A DNA stretch of 64,000 bases from an uncultured Actinomycetota bacterium (lineage in GTDB: Bacteria > Actinomycetota > Actinomycetes > Propionibacteriales > Nocardioidaceae). Below are positions 10,819-19,652 of the stretch, piece after piece (within the stretch, counting starts at the first letter, position 1; each line of letters starts with the position of its first letter). A model generated the notes under the pieces. The model ran no database searches. It saw nothing but the letters and a program-made list of their open reading frames with translations, and was not told the DNA's origin. The position numbers were made by a program, and so were the translations under genes. Where the stretch lies: the NCBI GenBank assembly GCA_963811945.1, contig CAWETD010000001.1:1500428-1564427 (forward strand). The letters run 5' to 3'.

Positions 10819-12428
10819 GCGCCGGCCTCCTCATAGACGAGCCGCACGGTCTGCACGCCGTACGTAGCGGGCGCCGCGACCCGAAGGGTCAGCGTCAGCG
10901 ACGCCCCGGCTACGGGCGTGACCGGGGTCGCCGGGCTGAGGGTGACCGGGGTTCCGGGGACGACGTCGGCGGCGGCGTCCGCACCGAGCAGCAGCCGCGC
11001 CGGAGGCACCGGCGCCTGCTCGGGAGGCGTCCCCACGAGCCGTACCGAACCCAGCGGCGGTGGCGCTGCGCGCGCGTGCGACAGCGCCACCACGACACCG
11101 GTGGGGTCGAGCCGGAAGACGGACGCGTCGTCGGCAGCGGAGGCACCGGGTGCCGCCACCGCGAGGTCGACGGTGCCGCGGGCGACCTGCAGCGACAGCC
11201 ACAGCACGTCGTCGTCGGTCGGGGTCGGTACCGGCTTCGCCAGCGCGAGGGTCACCCACTCCGGCGGGCCGGGCGGCGCCAGCCGCTGGGGCGCGGGCAG
11301 GATCAGCGGCGCGAGCACCCCGCCGTCGAGGGGAGCGCCCGGGGCCAGGGACGGGTCGCCGGTGAGCAGGACACCGGCCAGCTCGGCACCGTCCGCGCCG
11401 GCCAGCACGGGGACCCGGACACCGCAGAGCACGCCGAGACGGCGCAGTGGCGCGGCGGCGAGCCGGACCAGGAGCGGGTTGCCGGGTGCCAGGGTGAGGG
11501 CGTACGTGTCCGACCGCGGCGGTCCCACCTCCGGCAGCACCCGCTCGTCCGGCGGGTCGGCGTCGATGCCCGCGATCACGTGGTGCACCCGCCAGCTGCC
11601 GGCGGCCGCGGGCAGGGTCAGCGTGACGTCGTGGTCGCCCTCCTCGTCGGCCACCACCGACGGCGGGACGACACCGAGGTCGACGTCGTGGGTGAGCAGC
11701 AGCGGCGCCTCCACCCGCACCGAGATGACCGCCGGCTGGTCCACCTGGAGGCCGACCGGCACCACCCGGTCGGCGGCACCGATGGCGGCGCGCAGGAACG
11801 TGGTGATGTCGACGTCCGCGCCGGCCTCTGCCGAGCCCTTGGCGAGGATCAGCGCCGGGTCGGCGCGCCAGACGGTCGCACCGTCGACGGTCAGACTCAT
11901 CCCGGTCGGCACGGCAGGCAGCGACGCGAACCCCTCGTTCTGCACCGTGGCCGGACTGGCCGCCCGGTCCAGGTTGACCAGCAGCTTGGTGGTCATCACC
12001 TCGCCCGCGAACGCCGCCTGCCCGCCGCTGATGCTGACTCCGGTCAGGGCGGCGAAGGCCGCGCCGGTCCACGTCAGCACGGACGAGACGCCGACCGGCA
12101 GGTCGAGCCCGGACAGGGTGGCGAAGCCGCCGAAGTCCAGGACCAGGCTGTTGGCGGACGCGGCCGGGTCGTCCCCGGTCGAGCGGACCTGGGCGATGCC
12201 GGACAGCGGGGTGCGGCCCGGCGCCCGGGCCGACACCGTCGCCGTCGCCGCGTCGACCAGCGCCTGCGCGGGCAGCGTCACCGACACCTCGGCCGTGCGC
12301 CCGCTGGGCTCCGCCGGCGACGTGTCGGCGGTCCGGGCGCTGCGGTACAGCCCCCTGTCCACCTCGAACGTGGCACCGGAGATCTCGACCGTGAAGAAGT
12401 CGGCGTCGGCAACCCTGGTCGCGACCAT
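10815..12428 (-). CDS. Hypothetical protein (537 aa), probably beta-rich, in the distal tail module
   Basis: Long ORF with typical composition. ATGA overlap downstream and a 3-nt gap upstream. I recognised no motif. Confidence 0.7.
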   Translation of the reverse strand: MVATRVADADFFTVEISGATFEVDRGLYRSARTADTSPAEPSGRTAEVSVTLPAQALVDAATATVSARAPGRTPLSGIAQVRSTGDDPAASANSLVLDFGGFATLSGLDLPVGVSSVLTWTGAAFAALTGVSISGGQAAFAGEVMTTKLLVNLDRAASPATVQNEGFASLPAVPTGMSLTVDGATVWRADPALILAKGSAEAGADVDITTFLRAAIGAADRVVPVGLQVDQPAVISVRVEAPLLLTHDVDLGVVPPSVVADEEGDHDVTLTLPAAAGSWRVHHVIAGIDADPPDERVLPEVGPPRSDTYALTLAPGNPLLVRLAAAPLRRLGVLCGVRVPVLAGADGAELAGVLLTGDPSLAPGAPLDGGVLAPLILPAPQRLAPPGPPEWVTLALAKPVPTPTDDDVLWLSLQVARGTVDLAVAAPGASAADDASVFRLDPTGVVVALSHARAAPPPLGSVRLVGTPPEQAPVPPARLLLGADAAADVVPGTPVTLSPATPVTPVAGASLTLTLRVAAPATYGVQTVRLVYEEAGA

Positions 12429-12431
12429 GAC

Positions 12432-13019
12432 TCAGGCGTTGAACGTCTGGGCGGCCTGCAGCGCGAGGAAAGCGTTGCGCACCCCCGCGCCGGTCGCGGT
12501 CTCGTCGATGTCGATGTGCTGTTCGGTGAACGCGGCCTGGATCACCGACTGGTCCGCCTGGCTGAGAGTCTCCGGGCTGATGTTGCGTGCCAGCACCGCC
12601 CGCACGTCGTCGCGGTCCCGGACGAAGTCGCGGAACACCGTCTCCAGGGGTATCTCGCGCAGCGCCACGTGTGCGTCGGGGACGATCCGCGTCGGCAGGT
12701 CCAGCGGCGATGCCAGCACCACCTCGATCGTCGTGCCCTGGGGGATGCGGGTCCCCGCCGGCACGCTCTGCGCCACCACCCGCGGCTGCAGCAGCGGGAT
12801 GATCGGCACGACCTGGTCGATGACCGAGAAGTCGATAGGCACCACCGGCACCGCGACGCCGTCGCGGGCGATGTTGGCCTGCTTCTCGGCCTCGCCCAGG
12901 TTGACGAAGATCGTGGTCGGGCCGGTTGCCCGCGGCATGTTGAACGCGGTGACGGCGTCCTCGGACAGCGAGATCCGCCTCGGGACCGCCTCCCGGCCGA
13001 TCTCCTCACGACCTGCCAT
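12432..13019 (-). CDS. Hypothetical protein (195 aa) with a PASTA-like segment
   Basis: The ORF is tightly packed in the operon. The segment VVPIIPLLQPRVVAQSVPAGTRIPQGTTIEVVLA resembles the C-terminal half of a PASTA domain. Confidence 0.6.
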   Translation of the reverse strand: MAGREEIGREAVPRRISLSEDAVTAFNMPRATGPTTIFVNLGEAEKQANIARDGVAVPVVPIDFSVIDQVVPIIPLLQPRVVAQSVPAGTRIPQGTTIEVVLASPLDLPTRIVPDAHVALREIPLETVFRDFVRDRDDVRAVLARNISPETLSQADQSVIQAAFTEQHIDIDETATGAGVRNAFLALQAAQTFNA

Positions 13020-13034
13020 GACGTCCTCCTGCTC

Positions 13035-13769
13035 TCACGCGCTGCCGCGCTGTCGGGTGGTCGTCCGTCCGACCACGAGCTCCAGGCGGTTGAGCACGCT
13101 CACGACCTCGTCGTACGTGAGCCCGACCAGGCTGGGCATCGTGACCGTCGCCTCGGACTGGAGCGCTGCCGCCAGCACCAGGCGCACCTCGTCGACGGCC
13201 GGGTCGGCGGCGGAGCCGGCCGCCGGCGTCTGCACGAGCACGGGAGAGTTCTGGTTCGCGCTGGGCATGTTGGTCCGGGCGATCTCCTGCCCGGTGATGT
13301 CGAGGATCTGGTCGACCTGCAGCCCCGCGGCGGTGAGCCGGTTGACGGCCTCCTCGGCACCCACACCGAACAGGTCAGGCACCAGCACCCGGTTGCGCGT
13401 CATCTGCACGAGGACCGGGCCGCTGACCGGCACCGTGACGTCTCGCGCCTCGTTGCCGAACCCGGCCGCCTCCACGTGCACCCGCCAGGGCCCCGGCGTG
13501 ACGCCGGCGACGACGAAGTCGGCCGACCCGGCGAACGGCGCGATGCCCTCGACCGGCCGCCCGACGTCGCTCAGCGGCATGGCGACCACCCGGGCACCGG
13601 GAATGGCACTGCCGTCGGCGCCGCTGACCGACACCGCGACGACCGCGCCGCCGAGCTCGGCGACGACGTCGTACAGGTTGTCGAGCCCGGCGAGGATGGC
13701 GTTCCACGCCTGCGCGGTCAGCGGGCGACCCGGCTGCGCCTGGGTGAGCGCTGGCTTCTCGAGCGGCAT
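13035..13769 (-). CDS. CarboxypepD_reg-like Ig domain plus PASTA-domain protein (244 aa), a candidate receptor-binding protein
   Basis: VAVSVSGADGSAIPGARVV...VTPGPWRVHVEAAGF resembles a carboxypeptidase-regulatory fold. VPDLFGVGAEEAVNRLTAAGLQV...VLVQTPAAGS...VRLVLA and MPSLVGLTYDEVVSVLNRLELVVG match the PASTA pattern. It lies immediately downstream of the baseplate genes. Confidence 0.65.
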   Translation of the reverse strand: MPLEKPALTQAQPGRPLTAQAWNAILAGLDNLYDVVAELGGAVVAVSVSGADGSAIPGARVVAMPLSDVGRPVEGIAPFAGSADFVVAGVTPGPWRVHVEAAGFGNEARDVTVPVSGPVLVQMTRNRVLVPDLFGVGAEEAVNRLTAAGLQVDQILDITGQEIARTNMPSANQNSPVLVQTPAAGSAADPAVDEVRLVLAAALQSEATVTMPSLVGLTYDEVVSVLNRLELVVGRTTTRQRGSA

Positions 13770-13784
13770 CGCTACTCCTCGTGC

Positions 13785-15386
13785 CTACGGGATGGGGGTG
13801 GGGTCGGGCTGGGCGACGGCCGGCCACAGTCGGGTACCGAGCACCAGGCCGCCGACGGGCTCGGTCGAGCCGGGCTCGCGCACGACGCCCTCGCCGAGCG
13901 TCCACCGGTCGTCGGCGTGCTCGACGTAGACGTGCACTCCGCCCGCGCGGTGCCGGTCGAGCAGCCGTCGGAGCCGGTCGCGGAGCACCGGTTGGGCCGG
14001 CGCGGCACCCTCGGCAGCGTCGAGCCCCAGCAGCCGCTGCGGCAGCCAGAGGCGCACGGCGTACGGCTCGCGCTCCTGCCAGTCGAAGCCGACCTCGGCA
14101 GCGGCGGGCAGCGGCGCGCCCGCCTCGTCGGCGAACACCGAGGCCCGGCCCGCCGGGTCCGCGCCGTCTCCTCCGGCGAACGCCGACCTGTCGGCAGGGA
14201 TGGCGAAGCCGCTCGGTGCGGACCCGAACGCCGCCTCGCCCACGAACAGCACCCAGGTCGACTCACCGACCCGCATCGGCAGCGCCTCCACCAGCCCACC
14301 GGCGTGCGGGAACACCGCGCCGGGGTCGAAGGCGTCGGTCAGCGGACGGGTCACGACGAAGGTCGCCACCCGGTCGGCCGGCGCCGGTTGGTCGTCGTCG
14401 GTGCTGCCGAACACGAAGTCGCCGCGGCGCGGGTCCTCGCTGGCGAACACGCCGCCGGAGAAGGAGTAGCCGCGGCGGGTGACGTTGGCGCCGGCCAGCG
14501 TGATCCGGCCGTCGCTCTCGAAGCGCAGCTCCTGCCCGTCCGGGACCGTGCCGGTGTAGGCAACGCCCTTGCCCGCCCCCGTGTTGACCACCTGCGGCGC
14601 CACGGTGCGGTCCTCGATCCCGCGCACGCGGACCGACACCTGCACCTCGTCGAACCCGCCGCGCAGCTGGCGGAAGACCTCGCCCGGACGACGTGGCACC
14701 GGGTCGACCACCTGCAGCCGGAACGGGTTCTCCTCCAGCGCCAGCAGGTCCTCGTCGGGCTCGACCGTCGCGGAGCCGGCGTCGCCGTCCCGGGTCAGGC
14801 GGAGCAGGTCCAGGCACCGCGCCACGTGCCAGGAGCGGTCGTCGAGATGCGTGATCTCCACGACCTCCAGGGCGAGGAAGGCGGCCGCCGCGCGGAGCAG
14901 CGCCGACACCGTGCCGTTGCCGTCGCGGTGCACCCGGACCAACCGGGTCATGCAGCCGCGCACGGTGGCCAGCACCGCGGCGTACGCCACCAGCCGGTGC
15001 AGTGCCCCGGCCAGCTGAGCGGGATCGTCGAACGCCGACGCCTGGACGCCGAACAGCTCCGGCAGCGTCGCGAGGGCGGCGTCGACGGCCTCGGCCGGCG
15101 CTGCCGGGTCGTCGAGCAGCACGGCGAGGTCGGCGGCGCGGGCCAGCCTGCCCCGAACCAGCTCGAAGGTCTCCGGCCCGAGCCCGTGCAGACCGGCGAG
15201 CAGCAGCAGGTCGGCCTCCTCGTCCAGGCTGTCCAGCCGGTGCGACGCCCGGATCCGGCCCACCTGGGAGGTCTGCACGTCCAGGGCCGTCACCAGCCCG
15301 CCGACCGTCTCGTCCAGGACGGTGCCCGGCCGGTCCGCCCGCAGGTGCGCGGGGAAGCGGGAGAGCACCGTCGCGGTCCTGGTCAT
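13785..15386 (-). CDS. Baseplate wedge protein, gpI/Afp12-like (533 aa)
   Basis: Start reassigned to ATG 15386 (MTRTATVLSRF...), an ATGA overlap with the Baseplate_J gene. Its position directly after the J-like gene matches P2/Mu/eCIS order. No diagnostic motif beyond position and size. Confidence 0.6.
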   Translation of the reverse strand: MTRTATVLSRFPAHLRADRPGTVLDETVGGLVTALDVQTSQVGRIRASHRLDSLDEEADLLLLAGLHGLGPETFELVRGRLARAADLAVLLDDPAAPAEAVDAALATLPELFGVQASAFDDPAQLAGALHRLVAYAAVLATVRGCMTRLVRVHRDGNGTVSALLRAAAAFLALEVVEITHLDDRSWHVARCLDLLRLTRDGDAGSATVEPDEDLLALEENPFRLQVVDPVPRRPGEVFRQLRGGFDEVQVSVRVRGIEDRTVAPQVVNTGAGKGVAYTGTVPDGQELRFESDGRITLAGANVTRRGYSFSGGVFASEDPRRGDFVFGSTDDDQPAPADRVATFVVTRPLTDAFDPGAVFPHAGGLVEALPMRVGESTWVLFVGEAAFGSAPSGFAIPADRSAFAGGDGADPAGRASVFADEAGAPLPAAAEVGFDWQEREPYAVRLWLPQRLLGLDAAEGAAPAQPVLRDRLRRLLDRHRAGGVHVYVEHADDRWTLGEGVVREPGSTEPVGGLVLGTRLWPAVAQPDPTPIP

Positions 15387-17185
15387 GACGGGATGCTCGC
15401 CGTCGTGCTGGTCGGGACGGTGACGGAGCGGATCCAGACCAGCTGATCGGCTGCCACCGCCACCTCGGCGTCGGCGGTGGTGACCGTCAGCCCCTCCTGG
15501 ACGAACTCCACGCGGTAACCGAGGCTGTCCGGCACGATCCGGTAGGTCTCGGTCTCCGGCAGGGCACCGCGGATGGTCGACATGCTGATCACGTCGCTGG
15601 TCAGGAACGCGTCGTGCAGCCGCTGCCCGATGTCGCGTCGCGCCTCGGCCCGGGCCACGTCGACCGGGACGAGCGTGGACAGCCCGAGCATCTCGACGTC
15701 GACCTCCACGTCGACGGCGACCAGTGACCCGCGGACGGTGACCGACAGGTGGCGGCCCCGGTCGTCGTCCAGCAGCCGCACCCGCCGGTCGGCCGGCGGG
15801 TAGACGTTGGACGTCGCGGCGAGGGTCACGGCGGGAAAGATCTGCACCAGCGTGTCGGCCACTCCCTCGACGCCCATCACGGCGCGTACCAGCGCGGCCT
15901 GGACCACCGGCATCCCGACGCCGAGCTCCTCGACCTGGGCGCGCACCGCGTCCGCGACGGTGGTCGCCAGCCCGGCCTGCTGCTCGGCCGGCAGGTTCGC
16001 CGCCGCCGGCAGCACGGTCACCTGCACGGCCACGTCGAACCATCGGCCCTCGGGCGCCGCCCCCAGGCCGCCCGGTTCCGGGGCCGGGGTGCCGCCGGGC
16101 GGCGGGATGGGCGGGAGTCCCGCGTCGGGCGGGACCGGCAGGTCGTGCACGAGCCGGATCCCCGCCGGGCGGGTGGCCTCCAGCCCTGCGAGCGCACGCA
16201 GCGCCTCGGCCTCCTGCAGGTCGGCGGCCACCGAAACGGTCAGGACGCCCGGGCGGGAGACGTGGTCCTCGGCCACCTGGACGTCCCGCTCGCGAATGCC
16301 CTCGACGGCGGTGAGCGCCCCGATCATCGCCGAGACGGTCGCGGCACCCGACGTCTCCAGGGCCCGGCGGACCCGCCGGCGCAGCGCCTCGTCGGTCTCG
16401 TCCTCGCCGCCGATCCGCAGCGGCTGGGCGTTCACGGCGGTGTCGACGCCGAGGATCGGCCGGCGGATCACGGTGAGCGCTCCCGCCGGCGCGATGCCTG
16501 CCGGCCCGTCCACCACGGCGCGGACCGGTACGGCCACCGACAACGTGCCGACACGCAGCCGGGCCTCCTCGGTCGTCTCCGCGGTCACCGCCGGTGCCTG
16601 GGAGCTGCTGACCTGGGTGCCGGCGGGCACGGTCACGTCGGCGGGCGCGGGCGTCGCGCGCGAGAACACGACCTCGCCGGAGGCGAACAGCCGGGTCCGC
16701 CGCTCGACGCCCAGCAGCGCCGCGACCTGGTCGAGGTCGCTGCCCTCGGCGGTGTCGAGGAACGCCGAGCGGTAGACCAGCTCCAGCTGCCGGGACAGCA
16801 CGGCGTACTCCCGGGCCAGGCTCTCGGCGAGGGTGCGCACGACGCTGCCGACGTTGCGGTCGGTCAGCCGCGGCGGCGCACCGGCGCCCGGCCGGGTCTC
16901 GTAGCTGGCGTAGAACCGGCTGCCCGGCTCCGGCTGCGCAGCGCCGAGCCAGCCGAGCTGTCCGTCCGCGTCGACGGTGTAGTCGACACCGAGCTGGAAC
17001 CGGGTGAACGCGCCGGCGGCGACGCCGTGCACCCGCACGGTGGGCACCAGGACGTCCGCCCCGGCATCCAGCCGGAACGGCTCCTGCTCCGGGAGGAACA
17101 CGAACTGCTCGCGCACCGACCCCCCGGTCAGCCCGGAGACCAGGTCGTCGACGAACACGCCGTACGGCTCGGCGGCGAAGCTCAT
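15383..17185 (-). CDS. Baseplate J-like protein (gp6/gpJ/Afp11 family, 600 aa)
   Basis: Start at ATG 17185 (MSFAAEPYGVF...), an ATGA overlap with the gp25 gene. Baseplate_J-like block: LDQVAALLGVERRTRLFASGEVVF...VPAGTQV...GGEDETDEALRRRVRRAL. Confidence 0.8.
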   Translation of the reverse strand: MSFAAEPYGVFVDDLVSGLTGGSVREQFVFLPEQEPFRLDAGADVLVPTVRVHGVAAGAFTRFQLGVDYTVDADGQLGWLGAAQPEPGSRFYASYETRPGAGAPPRLTDRNVGSVVRTLAESLAREYAVLSRQLELVYRSAFLDTAEGSDLDQVAALLGVERRTRLFASGEVVFSRATPAPADVTVPAGTQVSSSQAPAVTAETTEEARLRVGTLSVAVPVRAVVDGPAGIAPAGALTVIRRPILGVDTAVNAQPLRIGGEDETDEALRRRVRRALETSGAATVSAMIGALTAVEGIRERDVQVAEDHVSRPGVLTVSVAADLQEAEALRALAGLEATRPAGIRLVHDLPVPPDAGLPPIPPPGGTPAPEPGGLGAAPEGRWFDVAVQVTVLPAAANLPAEQQAGLATTVADAVRAQVEELGVGMPVVQAALVRAVMGVEGVADTLVQIFPAVTLAATSNVYPPADRRVRLLDDDRGRHLSVTVRGSLVAVDVEVDVEMLGLSTLVPVDVARAEARRDIGQRLHDAFLTSDVISMSTIRGALPETETYRIVPDSLGYRVEFVQEGLTVTTADAEVAVAADQLVWIRSVTVPTSTTASIPS

Positions 17186-17670
17186 GTCACCTCCCCCAGC
17201 GCGAACGGGACGACCAGGTTGAGCGGCTCCTCGTGCTCGAGCAGCAGGAGGTCGACCTCGATGCGCACCACGTCGCGTGGCGGGTCGTGGGCGGCACGGA
17301 CGTCGGCGCGGACGACGCGCTCGATGCGCGGTTCCTGCCGGAGTGCCTCGAGGACGAACAGCTTGATCAGGTTCCGGGTGCGCTCGACGTTGGGCTCGCC
17401 GATCAGGTCGTGGTGGCGGGAGCCGTAGTCCGGGTGGCCAAGCGCCGCGAGCTCGCCCCTGCGGGTCATCAGCCGGTTGACGAGCATCTGCACCGCCGCA
17501 TCGACACCGCGCACGGTCGCCAGGTCGCGGGCCGGAGGAACGCCACCGGTCCGGCCGGTCCTCAGGTCGGCGTCCTCCCAGGCGCCGGAGGGTCCCGCAT
17601 AGTCGAGCGCGAGGTCGTCGCCCAGCCGCTGCTCGAGCAGCTTCAAGGCCGCGTCGGACCGCGGGCTCAC
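17182..17670 (-). CDS. GPW/gp25-family baseplate wedge protein (162 aa)
   Basis: GTG 17670 forms a GTGA overlap with the PAAR gene stop. Sequence LLEQRLGDDLALD...VNRLMTRRGELAALGHPDYGSRHHDLIGEPN...LIKLFVLEALRQEPRIERV is typical of gp25. Confidence 0.85.
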   Translation of the reverse strand: MSPRSDAALKLLEQRLGDDLALDYAGPSGAWEDADLRTGRTGGVPPARDLATVRGVDAAVQMLVNRLMTRRGELAALGHPDYGSRHHDLIGEPNVERTRNLIKLFVLEALRQEPRIERVVRADVRAAHDPPRDVVRIEVDLLLLEHEEPLNLVVPFALGEVT

Positions 17671-18002
17671 GGCGCGGTCCCGTCGCTGATGAACGGCGCG
17701 GACGGCGGCCCGAGCACGGTGAGGATGCCCGGCCCCGACGGAATCTGGTCGCCCACGCGCACCAGCGGCTGGCCGGCCACGGTGACCCCCGTCGACGCGC
17801 CCGGTGTCCCGATCGGCAGCGGGTACGGAACGCCGGACACCGAGTTGACCATCTGGCACAACGAGCCGGCGGTCGCCAACGGCATGCCACCGGCGACCGC
17901 CACCGACTGCAGCACCGCCACGACGACACCACTGTCCGGCGGGCCGGCGGCTCCGGGTGAGAGGAGCACGGAGCAGCCGATGCTGACCGGTGGCCCGGAC
18001 AC
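17667..18002 (-). CDS. PAAR-like (or DUF4280-like) spike-tip protein (111 aa)
   Basis: GTG 18002 is preceded by GGGAGGGGAC. It is a small Gly/Pro/Val-rich beta protein (VSIGCSVLL...VAGGMPLATAGSLCQMVN...VTVAGQPLVRVGDQIP) placed directly after the spike gene. Confidence 0.65.
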   Translation of the reverse strand: MSGPPVSIGCSVLLSPGAAGPPDSGVVVAVLQSVAVAGGMPLATAGSLCQMVNSVSGVPYPLPIGTPGASTGVTVAGQPLVRVGDQIPSGPGILTVLGPPSAPFISDGTAP

Positions 18003-18012
18003 GTCCCCTCCC

Positions 18013-18687
18013 TCAGCTCGCCGAGAAGCTCGTGACGCCGGCGATCGACGTGGTCGCGCCCTTGAGCGTGGCCGCCGCCTGACCCTGGACCGTGGCATTG
18101 ACGCCCTTGACGGTGGCGTCCGAGCCGGCCTCGACCGTGACCGCCTTGCCGGCCTTGAGCCCGAGGTCGCCGCCCGCCTCGATCAGCACGTCACCGGCCG
18201 CCTTGAGCCGGATGTCGCCGTCCCCCTCGACCAGCACGGTCGTACCGCCCATCGTGACGGTGACCGCCTCGTCGTCGATGGTCACCGTGCTGCCGTTGGG
18301 CAGCTCGACGTGCAGCCGGCGCGCGCCGCTCTCCTCGTCGTCGGGCACCTCGTAGACCATCTCGGTGGGCGACGCCTTCGGTGGGTGCGTCTGCTCGTCG
18401 TAGAGGAACCCGAGCACCACGCCACCGTTGAGGTCCTGCCCGACGAACGCGACCACGGCGAGGTCGCCCTCGCGGGGCGCGGTGGAGAGGCCGAGCCGAC
18501 CCACGGCGACCGGGACGTGCTGCAGCTCGAGGCTGCTCCCCCTGAGCCGGAGGTCGACCGCGAGGTTGGTGCTGCCGTCGCCCGCCTCGTCGGTGTACGC
18601 CCGGGTGACCACCCCGAGCTCGACACCACGGCTGGCGGAGAGCTCGTCGCGGACGATGGCCTGCAGGACAGGGACCAGGCTGGTCAT
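18013..18687 (-). CDS. gpV/gp5/VgrG-like central spike protein (224 aa)
   Basis: N-terminal OB-like region (GVVTRAYTD...GDLAVVAFVGQDLNGGVVLGFLY) plus a C-terminal beta-helix-like repeat (TVLVEGDGDIRLKAAGDVLIEAGGDLGLKAGKAVTVEAGSDATVKG). Confidence 0.8.
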   Translation of the reverse strand: MTSLVPVLQAIVRDELSASRGVELGVVTRAYTDEAGDGSTNLAVDLRLRGSSLELQHVPVAVGRLGLSTAPREGDLAVVAFVGQDLNGGVVLGFLYDEQTHPPKASPTEMVYEVPDDEESGARRLHVELPNGSTVTIDDEAVTVTMGGTTVLVEGDGDIRLKAAGDVLIEAGGDLGLKAGKAVTVEAGSDATVKGVNATVQGQAAATLKGATTSIAGVTSFSAS

Positions 18688-19652
18688 GCCGTCGCCTCCA
18701 CCCGCAGCCGAGTGACGAACGGCAGGTGCCCGTCCAGGAGGTGCTCGACCTCGGTGACCCGCAGGTTCGACGACCCCGCCCCGGGCAGGTCGCTCAGCTC
18801 GACGACGTCACCGGCCCGCAGGGCGGGCGAGCCGACGGCGACCACGTGACCGGTCGCGGTCCGGCGCTGCCGCGCAGCCGCCAGTGCGTCGCCGAGCGCG
18901 ACGGCCGAGTCCCGGTCGCGCAGCGCCGGGGGCACCAGCGTGGCCACGTCGGGACTCCCGCCGTCGGGCTCGCGCAGCAGCAGGTGCCAGCCCTCGGCGC
19001 CCTTCTCGCTGGCCGCGCCGAAGGGCACCACGTCCAGGTCGGCCTCCGCAGGATCGGCTGACCCGACCGACCAGGCCACCAGCTCCGCGCCGTGCCGGAG
19101 CGTGGCGGCGACGGCTGGCGTCGACCGCGGCGGCCGGACGTTGACCCTGCCGTCCCCGTCGCTGGTCAGCTCACAGCCGGCCAGGCGGGCCAGGTCGCCG
19201 ATGTGCCGCCAGACCGGGCGTCGTTCGTCGACGTGGTAGGCCGCGACGTCGGTGTCGGCGTCGATCTCACCCGGGTCCACGCCGGCCGCCGACAGCAGGT
19301 CGGTGACGACGTCGCCGACCGACGAGCCGACGTACGAGCGCCCGACACGCACCGCCGACGCACGCGCACTCGAACCGACCGCGACGACGGTCATCTCCCC
19401 CACCTCCGACCGCACGCTCGCGACCGTGCCGGTGAAGACGGTCTCGAGGTCGTCGTCGTAGCCGACCTCGACCACGGCGTCCGCACCGGCGGTGACACCG
19501 GCGAACGGCGTGCCCGCGTCCAGCCGGATCACTGCCAGGTCGTGCGCCGCGCCGCTGCTGAGCTCGATGCGCAGCGAGGACAGCGCGGCCTCCGGACCGG
19601 AGAGCGCACGCCCCCCCAGGTCCAGCCGGGCCCGCGGGCGGGGCGGGCTCAC
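18684..19652 (-). CDS. Phage late-control gpD-like baseplate hub protein (322 aa)
   Basis: gpD-like pattern: VEVGYDDDLETVFTGTV...RSYVGSSVGDVVTDLLSAAGV...WRHIGDLARLAGCELTSDGDGRVNV. ATGA overlaps on both sides. Confidence 0.75.
   Translation of the reverse strand: MSPPRPRARLDLGGRALSGPEAALSSLRIELSSGAAHDLAVIRLDAGTPFAGVTAGADAVVEVGYDDDLETVFTGTVASVRSEVGEMTVVAVGSSARASAVRVGRSYVGSSVGDVVTDLLSAAGVDPGEIDADTDVAAYHVDERRPVWRHIGDLARLAGCELTSDGDGRVNVRPPRSTPAVAATLRHGAELVAWSVGSADPAEADLDVVPFGAASEKGAEGWHLLLREPDGGSPDVATLVPPALRDRDSAVALGDALAAARQRRTATGHVVAVGSPALRAGDVVELSDLPGAGSSNLRVTEVEHLLDGHLPFVTRLRVEATA

Noticed and set aside
265-15446. Very long plus-strand ORFs in the track (265-2835, 4041-6971, 6215-10297, 10918-13929, 11076-15446, and similar ones elsewhere such as 15749-17428 and 21026-23284)
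   Set aside because: They are antisense to well-supported minus-strand tail genes. They have the Arg/Gly/Pro/His-rich composition typical of out-of-frame or antisense reading of high-GC coding DNA, and they carry no motifs. They are shadow ORFs.
15383-17932. Long N-terminal extensions of several ORF-track entries (for example 15383-17932, 13785-16043, 6224-9751, 57745-59610, 47939-50596, 41097-43421, 17182-17859, 17667-18098)
   Set aside because: The extensions are Arg/Cys/Ser-rich and overlap the upstream gene in another frame. In each case an internal ATG or GTG forms an ATGA/GTGA overlap or has a Shine-Dalgarno sequence exactly where recognisable protein sequence begins. I used those starts.
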